Shown here: piece by piece, positions 1 to 11,385 of the stretch | Numbering within the stretch: position 1 is the first letter of the stretch | How the letters are laid out: each line of letters begins with the position of its first letter | Source: Macrostomum hystrix | Lineage: Eukaryota > Animalia > Platyhelminthes | DNA: 64,000 nucleotides | Assembly (NCBI GenBank): GCA_950097015.1 | Contig: CATNEN010000039.1 | Span: forward strand, 1,736,001 to 1,800,000 | Direction of reading: 5' to 3' | Translations under genes and position numbers: made by a program | Notes under the pieces: generated by a model | Told to the model about the DNA's origin: nothing | Databases searched by the model: none | The model's input: only the letters and a program-made list of their open reading frames with translations

Positions 1-2943
1 TCAGTGAGCTGCCCATATCCTTCAGTGAGTAGTACATGTATTTCAGTGAGATGCCCATATCCTTCAGTGAGATGCCCATATCCTTCAGTGAGTAGCACAT
101 GAATTTCAGTGAGATGTCCATATCCTTCAGTGAGATGCCCGTATCCTTCAGTGAGATGCCCATATCCTTCAGTGAGATGCCCATATCCTTCAGTGAGCTG
201 TCCATATCCTTCAGTGAGTAGCCCATGTATTTCAATGAGATGCCCATATCCTTCAGTGAGATGCCCATATCCTTCAGTGAGTAGCACATGAATTTCAGTG
301 AGATGTCCATATCCTTCAGTGAGATGCCCGTATCCTTCAGTGAGATGCCCATATCCTTCAGTGAGCTGCCCATATCCTTCAGTGAGATGCCCGTATCCTT
401 CAGTGAGATGCCCATATCCTTCAGTGAGCTGCCCATATCCTTCAGTGAGTAGCCCATGTATTTCAGTGAGATGTCCGCATCCTTCAGTGAGATGCCCGTA
501 TCCTTCAGTGAGATGCCCATATCCTTCAGTGAGTAGCCCATGTATTTCAGTGAGATGTCCGCATCCTTCAGTGAGATGCCCATGTCCTTCAGTGAGATGC
601 CCATATCCTTCAGTGAGTAGCCCATATCCTTCAGTGAGCTGCCCATATCCTTCAGTGAGATGCCCGTATCCTTCAGTGAGATGCCCATATCCTTCAGTGA
701 GCTGCCCATATCCTTCAGTGAGTAGCCCATGTATTTCAGTGAGATGTCCGCATCCTTCAGTGAGATGCCCGTATCCTTCAGTGAGATGCCCATATCCTTC
801 TGTGAGATGCCCATATCCTTCAGTGAGTAGCCCATGTCCTTCAGTGAGATGCCCGTATCCTTCAGTGAGGTGCCCATATCCTTCAGTGAGATGCCCATAT
901 CCTTCAGTGAGCTGTCCATATCCTTCAGTGAGTAGCACATGTATTTCAATGAGATGCCCATATCCTTCAGTGAGATGCCCGTATCCTTCAGTGAGTAGCA
1001 CATGTATTTCAGTGAGATGAACATATCCTTCAGTGAGATGCCCATATCCTTCAGTGAGATGCCCATATCCTTCAGTGAGATGCCCGTATCCTTCAGTGAG
1101 TAGCACATGTATTTCAGTGAGATGTCCATATCCTTCAGTGAGATGCCCATATCCTTCAGTGAGATGCCCATATCCTTCAGTGAGATGCCCATGTCCTTCA
1201 GTGAGATGCCCATATCCTTCAGTGAGCTGCCCATATCCTTCAGTGAGATGCCCATATCCTTCAGTGAGCTGCCCATATCCTTCAGTGAGCTGCCCATATC
1301 CTTCAGTGAGTAGCCCATGTATTTCAGTGAGATGAACATATCCTTCAGTGAGATGCCCGTATCCTTCAGTGAGATGCCCATATCCTTCAGTGAGTAGCCC
1401 ATGTATTTCAGTGAGATGAACATATCCTTCAGTGAGATGCCCATATCATTCAGTGAGTAGCCCATGTATTTCAGTGAGATGAACATATCCTTCAGTGAGA
1501 TGCCCGTATCCTTCAGTGAGATGCCCATATCCTTCAGTGAGATGCCCATATCCTTCAGTGAGCTGTCCATATCCTTCAGTGAGTAGCACATGTATTTCAA
1601 TGAGATGCCCATATCCTTCAGTGAGATGCCCGTATCCTTCAGTGAGTAGCACATGTATTTCAGTGAGATGAACATATCCTTCAGTGAGATGCCCATATCC
1701 TTCAGTGAGATGCCCATATCCTTCAGTGAGATGCCCGTATCCTTCAGTGAGTAGCACATGTATTTCAGTGAGATGCCCATATCCTTCAGTGAGATGCCCG
1801 TATCCTTCAGTGAGTAGCACATGTATTTCAGTGAGATGTCCATATCCTTCAGTGAGATGCCCATATCCTTCAGTGAGATGCCCATATCCTTCAGTGAGAT
1901 GCCCATGTCCTTCAGTGAGATGCCCATATCCTTCAGTGAGATGCCCATATCCTTCAGTGAGTAGCCCATGTATTTCAGTGAGATGAACATATCCTTCAGT
2001 GAGATGCCCGTATCCTTCAGTGAGATGCCCATATCCTTCAGTGAGATGCCCATATCCTTCAGTGAGCTGTCCATATCCTTCAGTGAGTAGCACATGTATT
2101 TCAATGAGATGCCCATATCCTTCAGTGAGATGCCCGTATCCTTCAGTGAGTAGCACATGTATTTCAGTGAGATGAACATATCCTTCAGTGAGATGCCCAT
2201 ATCCTTCAGTGAGATGCCCATATCCTTCAGTGAGATGCCCGTATCCTTCAGTGAGTAGCACATGTATTTCAGTGAGATGCCCATATCCTTCAGTGAGCTG
2301 CCCATATCCTTCAGTGAGTAGCCCATGTATTTCAGTGAGATGAACATATCCTTCAGTGAGATGCCCATATCCTTTAGTGAGCTGCCCATATCCTTCAGTG
2401 AGATGCCCATATCCTTCAGTGAGATGTCCATATCCTTCAGTGAGATGTCCATATCCTTCAGTGAGATGCCCGTATCCTTCAGTGAGTAGCCCATGTATTT
2501 CAGTGAGATGAACATATCCTTCAGTGAGATGCCCATATCCTTTAGTGAGCTGCCCATATCCTTCAGTGAGATGAACATATCCTTCAGTGAGATGTCCATA
2601 TCCGTCAGTGAGATGTCCATATCCTTCAGTGAGATGCCCGTATCCTTCAGTGAGTAGCCCATGTATTTCAGTGAGATGAACATATCCTTCAGTGAGATGC
2701 CCATATCCTTTAGTGAGCTGCCCATATCCTTCAGTGAGTAGCCCATGTATTTCAGTGAGATGCCCATATCCTTCAGTGAGATGCCCGTATCCTTTAGTGA
2801 GCTGCCCATATCCTTCAGTGAGTAGCCCATGTATTTCAGTGAGATGAACATATCCTTCAGTGAGATGCCCGTATCCTTTAGTGAGCTGCCCATATCCTTC
2901 AGTGAGTAGCCCATGTATTTCAGTGAGATGAACATATCCTTCA
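1..2943. repeat. 21-bp minisatellite (TCAGTGAGATGCCCATATCCT and variants), truncated by the window start
   Basis: Continuous tandem units with recurring variant blocks (…GAGTAGCACATGTATT…, …GATGAACAT…). Confidence 0.97.
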
Positions 2944-3132
2944 TATCATTCCTTTTTTTATGAAAGCAGCTACTTAGAAGTAGCTATAACATCTATGAAA
3001 TAAGGTGCAACCGTCTATTATTTAATGGGAAATTTAGTAAATCAAAGTTTAAAAATGGTTCAGTCGTGTCAATAAGACTGCTGCTTGCATACAAGCATGC
3101 ATGAAAGACTGCACTTCATTTGACATATGACA

Positions 3133-3302
3133 CTTGCGTTTGCCTCTCGCGCCAATGTCACTGAGCTCGATTCCGCGGCGAGGCCACATCCAAGGCACAG
3201 TGAAATGTACGCCGCCTGACGATGAGAAAGTCAGGGCAGAATACACACCTGTGTGAGCGTATGCCTGTGACTAGCGGAATGGGCGGCGACGCCTCCCCGC
3301 TG
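3133..3302 (+). mobile_element. tRNA-derived SINE, copy B (5'-truncated, internally deleted)
   Basis: Shares TTTGCCTCTCGC…TTCCGCGGCGAGGCCACAT and CCAAGGCACAGTGAA with 12992-13275, and CCTGACGATGAGAAAGTC with 21666-21812. Confidence 0.75.
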
Positions 3303-3703
3303 CATCCTGGTGATGCTCCCCCAGCTGCATCCTGGTGATGCTCTCCCAGCTGCATCCTGGTGATGCTCCCCCAGCTGCATCCTGGTGATGCTCCCCCAGC
3401 TGCATCATGGTGATGCTCCCCCAGCTGCATCCTGGTGATGCTCCTCCAGCTGCATCCTGGTGATGCTCCCCCAGCTGCATCCTGGTGATGCTCCCCCAGC
3501 TGCATCCTGGTGATGCTCCCGCAGCTGCATCCTGGTGATGCTCCCCCAGCTGCATCCTGGTGATGCTCCCCCAGCTGCATCCTGGTGATGCTCCCCCAGC
3601 TGCATCCTGGTGATGCTCCCCCAGCTGCATCCTGGTGATGCTCCCGCAGCTGCATCCTGGTGATGCTCCCCCAGCTGCATCCTGGTGATGCTCCCCCAGC
3701 TGC
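3298..3703. repeat. 25-bp minisatellite (TGCATCCTGGTGATGCTCCCCCAGC)
   Basis: About 16 near-identical tandem units starting at the SINE 3' end. Confidence 0.97.
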
Positions 3704-4992
3704 GCTCGAAAGTCATAGTAGCATGGCAGTTTATGTGTTAAATAATATGCATTCCGTACAAGCTTAAAGCAACGACCAGACCAGACAAGATTACAGATTT
3801 AATCAATTCTAGTTAAAGTGTGAAGGCTGATTTTCTGCCTGTGTATATATTTTTCTTAAAAGAGGAAAAACCACCCGGTCGATAATATTCAGATTTTGTT
3901 CCGTATTCGCACGTCCTACCTACTCTACTAAAAGTAACGGGAAAATACTTTTTAAATATGTTTAGCTGATGTCGTCCTATATACACTATTTAAAGTGACA
4001 GTTTTAAGTATTGTTTATTTCATGTTTAATTACGCTCGTATTAGCAATTTATTTATGAGCAATCGGACAAATTCTTTAATAGCGCCTACAAACCCCCTGG
4101 CCCAGAATGGAATATAGCAATTGGTCCTTGGCCACGCTACCACCTTTCATCATTTTTTCAAGTTTCCGCAGTGTAGCTCGAGGTTGTGAAATCCCGGGTT
4201 TGTGATACGCCCCCAAATAAACAAAGCGACCCTGACGATGTCCTGCTTGTTGATGAACGAAATTCATCGGCAATTTACTTCGAAGTATATTACTAAAAGT
4301 ATCTTTTTCTGTTTTCGTGTTAAATATCACTTGCATTTATCTACTATTGACATCAAGGTAGCTACACTGCAGCCCTATTGTGTGCTCACACCTTGACTGC
4401 CCAGCAAACGTGGCCATTGCTGTGTCCACGTCAGCAACAAGCTAAAAATGTAAGCAAAATTTTATGAGCCACAGTCTGTTGATTTTAGCGGAACTTCGCC
4501 TTTTTTCCAATCAGTTCTGTTCGATCGCAGATTGGCAACATAAAAATAACTCAGCCCCTCCGGCCCTGACTGCTGGTCAAACTGGATATGCTCCCAGATC
4601 CCAGACAGTATAGAGCTGTGCCTGCTATCAGTTTTCATGTGTGCCTTATCACACAGGATAACAGAATGAGTATTGTGTGCATTGTCCACCTCTAAGCCAA
4701 ATAAGACACTCAGCTGAACACGCCAAGCAGAGGTTTACAAAGGCTCTTGCTTTATTGCATTTTTTATTTTTCTGCTTCCGAATCGACTCTGAGGGCAGCT
4801 TTGAATTGACAAAAGCCAGCCCGCGCATGACACGAGCTCACACTGTTGCTGCGCATGTGGCTCTTCCCACAGGCCTTCAACAAGTTCTTCCTTGCTCAAC
4901 ATGATCGCTGGAGAAAGGCAGCTGGGAATGTGGCTAATTTCATAACGATAGTGACAATGGCTAAAACTGACCTAAACTGGGTTTCTGAAACA

Positions 4993-5801
4993 ACTGAGAG
5001 GGAGCTGTGGCTGGAATCCTACAGAACTGAGGGAGCTGTGGCTGGAATCCTACAGAACTGAGTGAGCTGTGGCTGGAATCCTACAGAACTGAGTGAGCTG
5101 TGGCTGGAATCCTACAGAACTGAGGGAGCTGTGGCTGGAATCCTACAGAACTGAGGGAGCTGTGGCTGGAATCCTACAGAACTGAGTGAGCTGTGGCTGG
5201 AATCCTACAGAACTGAGGGAGCTGTGGCTGGAATCCTACAGAACTGAGTGAGCTGTGGCTGGAATCCTACAGAACTGAGTGAGCTGTGGCTGGAATCCTA
5301 CAGAACTGAGGGAGCTGTGGCTGGAATCCTACAGAACTGAGGGAGCTGTGGCTGGAATCCTACAGAACTGAGTGAGCTGTGGCTGGAATCCTACAGAACT
5401 GAGGGAGCTGTGGTTGGAATCCTACAGAACTGAGGGAGCTGTGGCTGGAATCCTACAGAACTGAGTGAGCTGTGGCTGGAATCCTACAGAACTGAGTGAG
5501 CTGTGGCTGGAATCCTACAGAACTGAGGGAGCTGTGGCTGGAATCCTACAGAACTGAGTGAGCTGTGGCTGGAATCCTACAGAACTGAGGGAGCTGTGGC
5601 TGGAATCCTACAGAACTGAGGGAGCTGTGGTTGGAATCCTACAGAACTGAGTGAGCTGTGGCTGGAATCCTACAGAACTGAGTGAGCTGTGGCTGGAATC
5701 CTACAGAACTGAGTGAGCTGTGGTTGGAATCCTACAGAACTGAGTGACCTGTGGCTGGAATCCTACAGAACTGAGTGAGCTGTGGTTGGAATCCTACAGA
5801 A
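4993..5801. repeat. 31-bp minisatellite (GGAGCTGTGGCTGGAATCCTACAGAACTGAG)
   Basis: Tandem units with 31-bp period, just downstream of the PDI 3' end. Confidence 0.97.
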
Positions 5802-5927
5802 CGTTTATATCAATCGTTTGAAATGAATGAGTCCAGTTTGGCAGTACAGGTATACAAATCACCAGATAAAATAGATAGTAAGCATGGAGTCTGCAAACAG
5901 CGATTAGGATTGCCATTCGCTTGAGTT

Positions 5928-7722
5928 CTAGAGTTCTTCCTTGGCGGCAGGTTCCTAAAATGAAAGAAAATTTAATGGGAGACTTGCGATTTACTTATCT
6001 GGGAATCTAGAAAGAAAACATAGGGCATCATTACTATGCATCATAATTGCTATTTCGTCTAATTTGTGACTGTTGAAATCAGCTTTGGATAAAAAATTCC
6101 TTGATAACCTAGAAACTCACCTTCTTCGTTTGCTCTTTTCCTCCCGATACAATGAACTTCTTCAGGCCCTCCAAAGTCCTTTCGCCCTCATATTCGATAG
6201 GTTCGTCCGAGTCTGCCAGAAAAAGTTGGATGGTTGGATAAGAGTGCACTTTAACACCTTCCACTTCGTTGGCGGTGGCGTCCATCTTGGCGATGATGAA
6301 GTTCGGGTTGTGCTTGGCCATCTCGGCCAGCTGATTCCAGATCGGCTCGAGCTCCTTGCAGTGACCGCACCACGGAGCGTAGAATTGGACCAGAACATTC
6401 TTATTCTGGCCTCGTACTACCTCGTTGAAGTTTTTGCCAACGAGCACTTTGACCGGCTGCTGGTCCCAGTCGGGGGGCACCTCCTGAGACATGAAATGCG
6501 GTTTCAATTTCTTGTCTAACACGCGCTGCACAAAGTCGTTCAAGTTGGCCTCTGTAATGTCGGCGAAATCTGGTTTGAACTTCAGCATGTCATCCTTCAG
6601 GTTGATCAGCCGGATCCCCGGGCAGTCTTCCTTTGTTATGCCGAAAAATTCTAGAATGCGCTCATTTTCGTCACTGCTGCTGTCAACAAACACATAGACA
6701 GCTTGACTGTTGAATCTCTTTGCCGATGCCTTCATTTCCGCGATTAACGAGTTGAATTTGCTCTCGTCAGATTTGTTGACAAACAGGAGAACAAAGTTCT
6801 TTGTATCGCTGGCGAAGATGTCACCGGCAGTATCTTGGGTAAACTCGCTGACCAATGGCAGCCTGTTGTTTCTGACAAACGTTTCAATGTCGTCAGCAGT
6901 GAAAGGGCCGAGATGGACAGCCTTCGCATTGTCGGCTTTTTTGAACAAAATAATTGCATCAGAGTTGACATTGTAACTTGCGAAGGCCTCGAGATCGCTC
7001 GTCTTTCCACAAGGGATTTCGTCCAAATTTATTCGTGTATCGGCAGATGCTTCGAGTGCTTTAGCAGCGTCCGAAGATGCAGCGTCTTTGAAAAATCCTA
7101 CTAACGAGATATTCGAGGCATCGACAAATTTTTCAACGGCGCTGACAGAATCTAATTGTACGACTGGCGGACCCATCCTCTTTTCAAGCCATTCAAGAAT
7201 TTCAGCGGCAGTTCTACCACCGGTATAATCTATAGTGATGTTCTCTTTAAAGAACTTTATTGTGGGATATCCTTTAACGCCATTTTTCACTACAAGAATT
7301 TGTTCTACCGTTCCATCAATTTTTGCTAGCTTTATTGCGGAATTCCTCTTAGCCAGGATTTTTGCAGCTTTGGCGTACTCAGGAGCCAATGCCTCGCAGT
7401 GTCCACACCAAGGTGCATCTGTGGGGAAAAAGTAAGGGTGATTTATCTATCAAAACATATAAGTGAAATTTCCTTGTGTGTATCCGAATGCTCCATACTA
7501 CGATTATATTACTGATTTTTCAAATTGTGATATTAAAAAATCGCAAATAGTGCACTTACAGAACTCGATAAGCAGGAGTTTATTTTTTGCCACTGCTTCG
7601 TCGAAATTCTTTTCATTTAGAACAAGTACGCCATCCTCATCCTTAATTGTACTACCTTCAGAAGTACCATCAGATGCTACATAAGCAATCAATGCAAAGT
7701 ATAAAAATATTCTAATAAACAT
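5928..7722 (-). CDS. PDI: Protein disulfide-isomerase (P4HB/PDIA1-like), ~495 aa; exons 7722-7560, 7418-6121, 5954-5928
   Basis: Signal peptide; two WCGHC thioredoxin sites (YAPWCGHCE across intron 1, YAPWCGHCK); GYPT/SYPT motifs; GT-AG introns with matching phases; last exon EPAAKEEL* gives a KDEL-like ER retention signal. Confidence 0.95.
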
Positions 7723-8097
7723 TGCTTACTAGATCAACCAATAAGGTGCACTTAAGTTTTTAATCGTTGCAGAACGAATAAGCGATTTTGTGGACACGAA
7801 CGTTTTTGTATTAGCGCGCAATTCTATTTTCACATAAAGGCAGAAAAATCGTTATTAGCATTAAAAAGAAGATGATAACAGTTATTATTATTTAGCCCTT
7901 GGAAAAAATGTTCCTAAAAATAGTATAAAGCGTATTAAAAAATAGTATTCGTTAAACTGCAAACAAAATTCAAAAGTTCTGTGTTCCATGAAACTCGTTC
8001 CTTGCCTTCCAGGAAAAGCGAAGTACAACGTAGTCAGTTACTAGTTAGACAAAAAAAAACAATGAACAAATAATATTAAGTTTTCTGTAGTAATTTA

Positions 8098-8334
8098 CCT
8101 TTTAAACATTCCCCGACTCGGGATTTCCCGACTCCAATCCCGACCTCTAATGCAGACGCATTAGAAGTCGTGAATTCCCGACTCGAATCTGTAAGGGGGG
8201 ACCATTACAAATTTTGCAAATCCATTCCCGACTCGAATCCCGACTCGAATCTGTAAGGGGGGACCATTACAAAGTTTGCCGTCTGCATTAGGAGTCGGAC
8301 TCGGGAAATCCCGAGTCGGGGAAAGTTTAAAAGG
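8098..8334. mobile_element. MITE, PIF/Harbinger (Tourist)-like
   Basis: About 34-bp TIR CCTTTTAAAC(A/T)TTCCCCGACTCGGGATTTCCCGA at both ends; TTA on both flanks (8095-8097, 8335-8337); internal 35-bp direct duplication; no ORF. Confidence 0.85.
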
Positions 8335-9143
8335 TTAGAAATTTGTGGAACCTAAAAAATTTTTTTTGTTTGAAAATCTGCTTCAAAAGAACAAATGCTG
8401 CTTATGCTATCATCGCATATAGCGGCTAGCATTTATTAGTGGGACACATTTTTACTTTTCGGCCAAAATATTTTAGGCTGAAACAGTTATTATTCTCATA
8501 ATTGCTTATGCCCGAATGAGTATTTTGTACGCTAATGAGCACTAATGACTTATCATGAAATCTTTAATCAAACAATTATGAAAAAACACCAAGTGACAAT
8601 TTGACAATCTTTAGAATTTCGTCCAAGGCCCCTAGTAGTAGGCTAGTACTAGTAGCATTAGCAAGTTAGAAACTAGGGTCAGCAGTCAGACAGGATCCTA
8701 AACACAATCCTAACAAAAAATTATGCTGCTGGCAAATCTGAAAAGTTTTATGGCAGTGCTTGTTTGCACAAATAGTGCTGACTTTAATTACACAGATCTA
8801 TGCCAATAATGCATACTTTATCAGCATGATAGCTGGCTGGATTAGGCCACCACACAATTTTTAGTTTTATTTATGACATGCAAATAATTGCCAACTTTAT
8901 CCACTGGGATCCATGTCAATAATTCCCACTTTATGAGCATGGTAGCTTGCCAAAATAAGCATATTTATTGTACATATATTATTGCTGTGCCATGCCAATA
9001 CCCACCATGTTGTGCATGCCCAGCCTAGTACAGTTCTGGCCTGCATAGTCATTTTGACTCATATAGCTATCATTCTTGTCTAAATGTAAAGTTCTTTCTA
9101 TTATTCTCAAAATGATTTCCAAATGATTTTAAGAACATATTTA

Positions 9144-9601
9144 GGCAATCCTGAAGATTCCTGCATTCATTTATTTCAGGCACTTTTATGGAACTTGTAT
9201 GGAACTTTTTACTTTATGGAGCTTTCACATGACTACCTTGGAAGAAGGAACCACACCAGATTGACCATTGTCGGTGACAAGTCTTGCAGCTCCAGCAGAC
9301 ACCATCCACATAGTCTCAACCAGCCCACCTTTGGAATGACATAGGCGTGTTGGGGTAGTGCTCACAGTCCCTGCTGTTTCACAGAAGCCCATACTTAGCC
9401 AGCCACAGGATGCATGCCTCACTAGTTAGTGCTGTCAATTCACGATGGTTAATGCTGAGTTCAGCTAGTTTGATAGTTGGTCGAACTTCTTGAGGATCCA
9501 CTATTGTCCTGAGTGTTGGAGGTCACCCTACCATGATTCAGTGTCTAGAATGTGTGTAAAAGTGCATGAAATAATTCAATGCAGGAATCTTCAGGATTGC
9601 C
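9144..9601 (-). mobile_element. Internally deleted Merlin (IS1016/IS1595-like) DNA transposon
   Basis: About 45-bp TIRs starting GGCAATCCTGAAGATTCCTGCATT (fits Merlin GGNRM); 8-bp TSD CATATTTA/CATATTTT; minus-strand remnant 9468-9214 reads CILWLAKYGLL*NSRDC…DGVCWSCKTCHRQWSIWCGSFFQGSH, like a Merlin transposase N-terminal zinc ribbon. Confidence 0.8.
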
Positions 9602-11340
9602 CATATTTTTATCCTCAAGTGTTAGCAAGAATAAAATACTATATAGCATTTTAGTATTTTATAGTATTAATTATAAATTATAACTATAAATTGCATTTTA
9701 CTACCCACACTTTTGTAGAATTTAGCCCTGTATAATGTCTAAGTTGTTAAATAGACTTGTAACCATATATTAAATCAAATATCACAAATTAAATAAGAAA
9801 TTGTAACTTATAATTTATAGATCAAGTATTTTAATAAAGAATAAAGCATAGAGTGATGAATTAGGCTTCTATATTATTAACTTGCCTTAGCCAGGAAATA
9901 AACTAGAAATTGAAACAGTTTAATTAAATATTGAGTGTATGATAAGGACAAAAAATTCTATTTAAATATCAATGCTTGGATGTCCTAATGCTAGCTTTTT
10001 TGTTTGCTTTATTTATTTTTTTATATTAGCTCTTTTCAGAGAAACTTCTAGAAAGGTAATTTACTTAGCAACATTTGGTATTTGTCTATTATATACACAG
10101 CTTTGCTAATATTTGTGATAGTGGACTGCAGTGCCAGTTCTGACCTGATTACAGTGCCAGTCTAGACCTTATTCCAATCAATTTTTTCGAAGGGCTATTC
10201 TGGCTCAAGTGGTAAAGTCTAAGGCTTTGGGCCCTAATTTTTCTAGAATGGTTAAACCCTATCAAACAAGTCTAAGTCCATAGAGGCATAGTTATTATTA
10301 TTTAAGTATAAGACTATTAATTATAAAAAAAGCCAGTCTACTCAGCAAAATGACATTGACTAGTCACTGAAATGACTTTATTTCATCCCTACCTAATTTT
10401 GTAACATGGCTGACTTGGAAAACATGGAAAGTAAAATGAAGAAGAATCCATGAATCAACATGAAAGTTTTGTCAAATTTTGTACTCCGAGGTGCATCTTT
10501 AGGTCATATTGTTTGGAACAAAGGTAAAATGAAGAAGTCAAATTTATAAACAATTTTTCAATCAGTGTAAGCAATGAGTAAATATTTCATATGTATAAAG
10601 TAGTTTTAGGTTGATAGCCCATAGGCTGGGCAAAGTCCTATGGTCCACAGTAAAACTGAGCACATGTTAAAAGTGGTCAGTGCTCTCTCACTCAGAAAAC
10701 ATAATGAACATTGCCTGTGTCACTATCTTGAGGTTTGTAATTGTAGGTGGGTGACTAAGTTTTGATAAGATAAGATGGTCAATAATTTAAACCCATTCTT
10801 TAGGCTTACTATTAGAGCCACTATTGTTTTCCAAAAGGTGGGTTTAGATGGCCAGTGATTTGAGCCAGTGTTCCCTGACCCTAGTGTGCAGGTGTCTTGG
10901 TCTTCCCTACATATCTGAGATCAGAGCAATTGAAACAATAGATAGACAACACCTGCTGATAGGGCCAGGGCACATGTGACTTTAGCCAACCAACCAAATG
11001 ACCAACTTAGGAAAAACAGAAAAAGACAAATGTGCTGTTAGGCAAGTTTTAGGAAAAATTGCAAATCTTGTTTTATTAAAAGAAAGACAGTAATTGGTCC
11101 ACCCAGGTGAATGTGATCAGATTTGACAGATTTTTTCATTTACTTTTTCAGAAATTAATTTATAGAAAATCTGGTGGATAAGGGCTTAAATGATAAAGTC
11201 AACCATTTTGTTAGAGTATGTTACAAGGCTACAATATATAGTTATAAGTGTAACAGGGCCTATCACTCTACTTTTCTCTCTCTTGGTAGCGTTTTCTTCT
11301 GGCCTCCTTTGTTACTTATTTCTCTCTCTAACTCTTTGTA

Positions 11341-11385
11341 TTCTCCTTTAAATCTTATCGTGGTGACCCTGAAAAGGGCCGTTTT
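11341..11385 (-). other. Histone-mRNA-type 3' stem-loop with purine-rich downstream element, no histone ORF attached
   Basis: Minus strand AAAAC-GGCCCT-TTTC-AGGGTC-ACCAC (6-bp stem with one G-U pair, UUUC loop), followed about 15 nt later by AAAGGAGAA. Confidence 0.6.

Noticed and set aside
109-2261. Long repetitive ORFs (RCPYPSV / LTEGYGH), and similar ones at 14307, 17061, 27780, 43609, 60921 and 62844
   Set aside because: They are translations of stop-free minisatellite units; several lie inside defined introns and tolerate frame-breaking variants.
4076-4336. 86-aa minus-strand ORF
   Set aside because: No recognisable domain, codon bias or splice context.
10028-10045. GCTCTTTTCAGAG, a partial histone stem-loop
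   Set aside because: Only four base pairs, and no GG/CC base or ACC flank.
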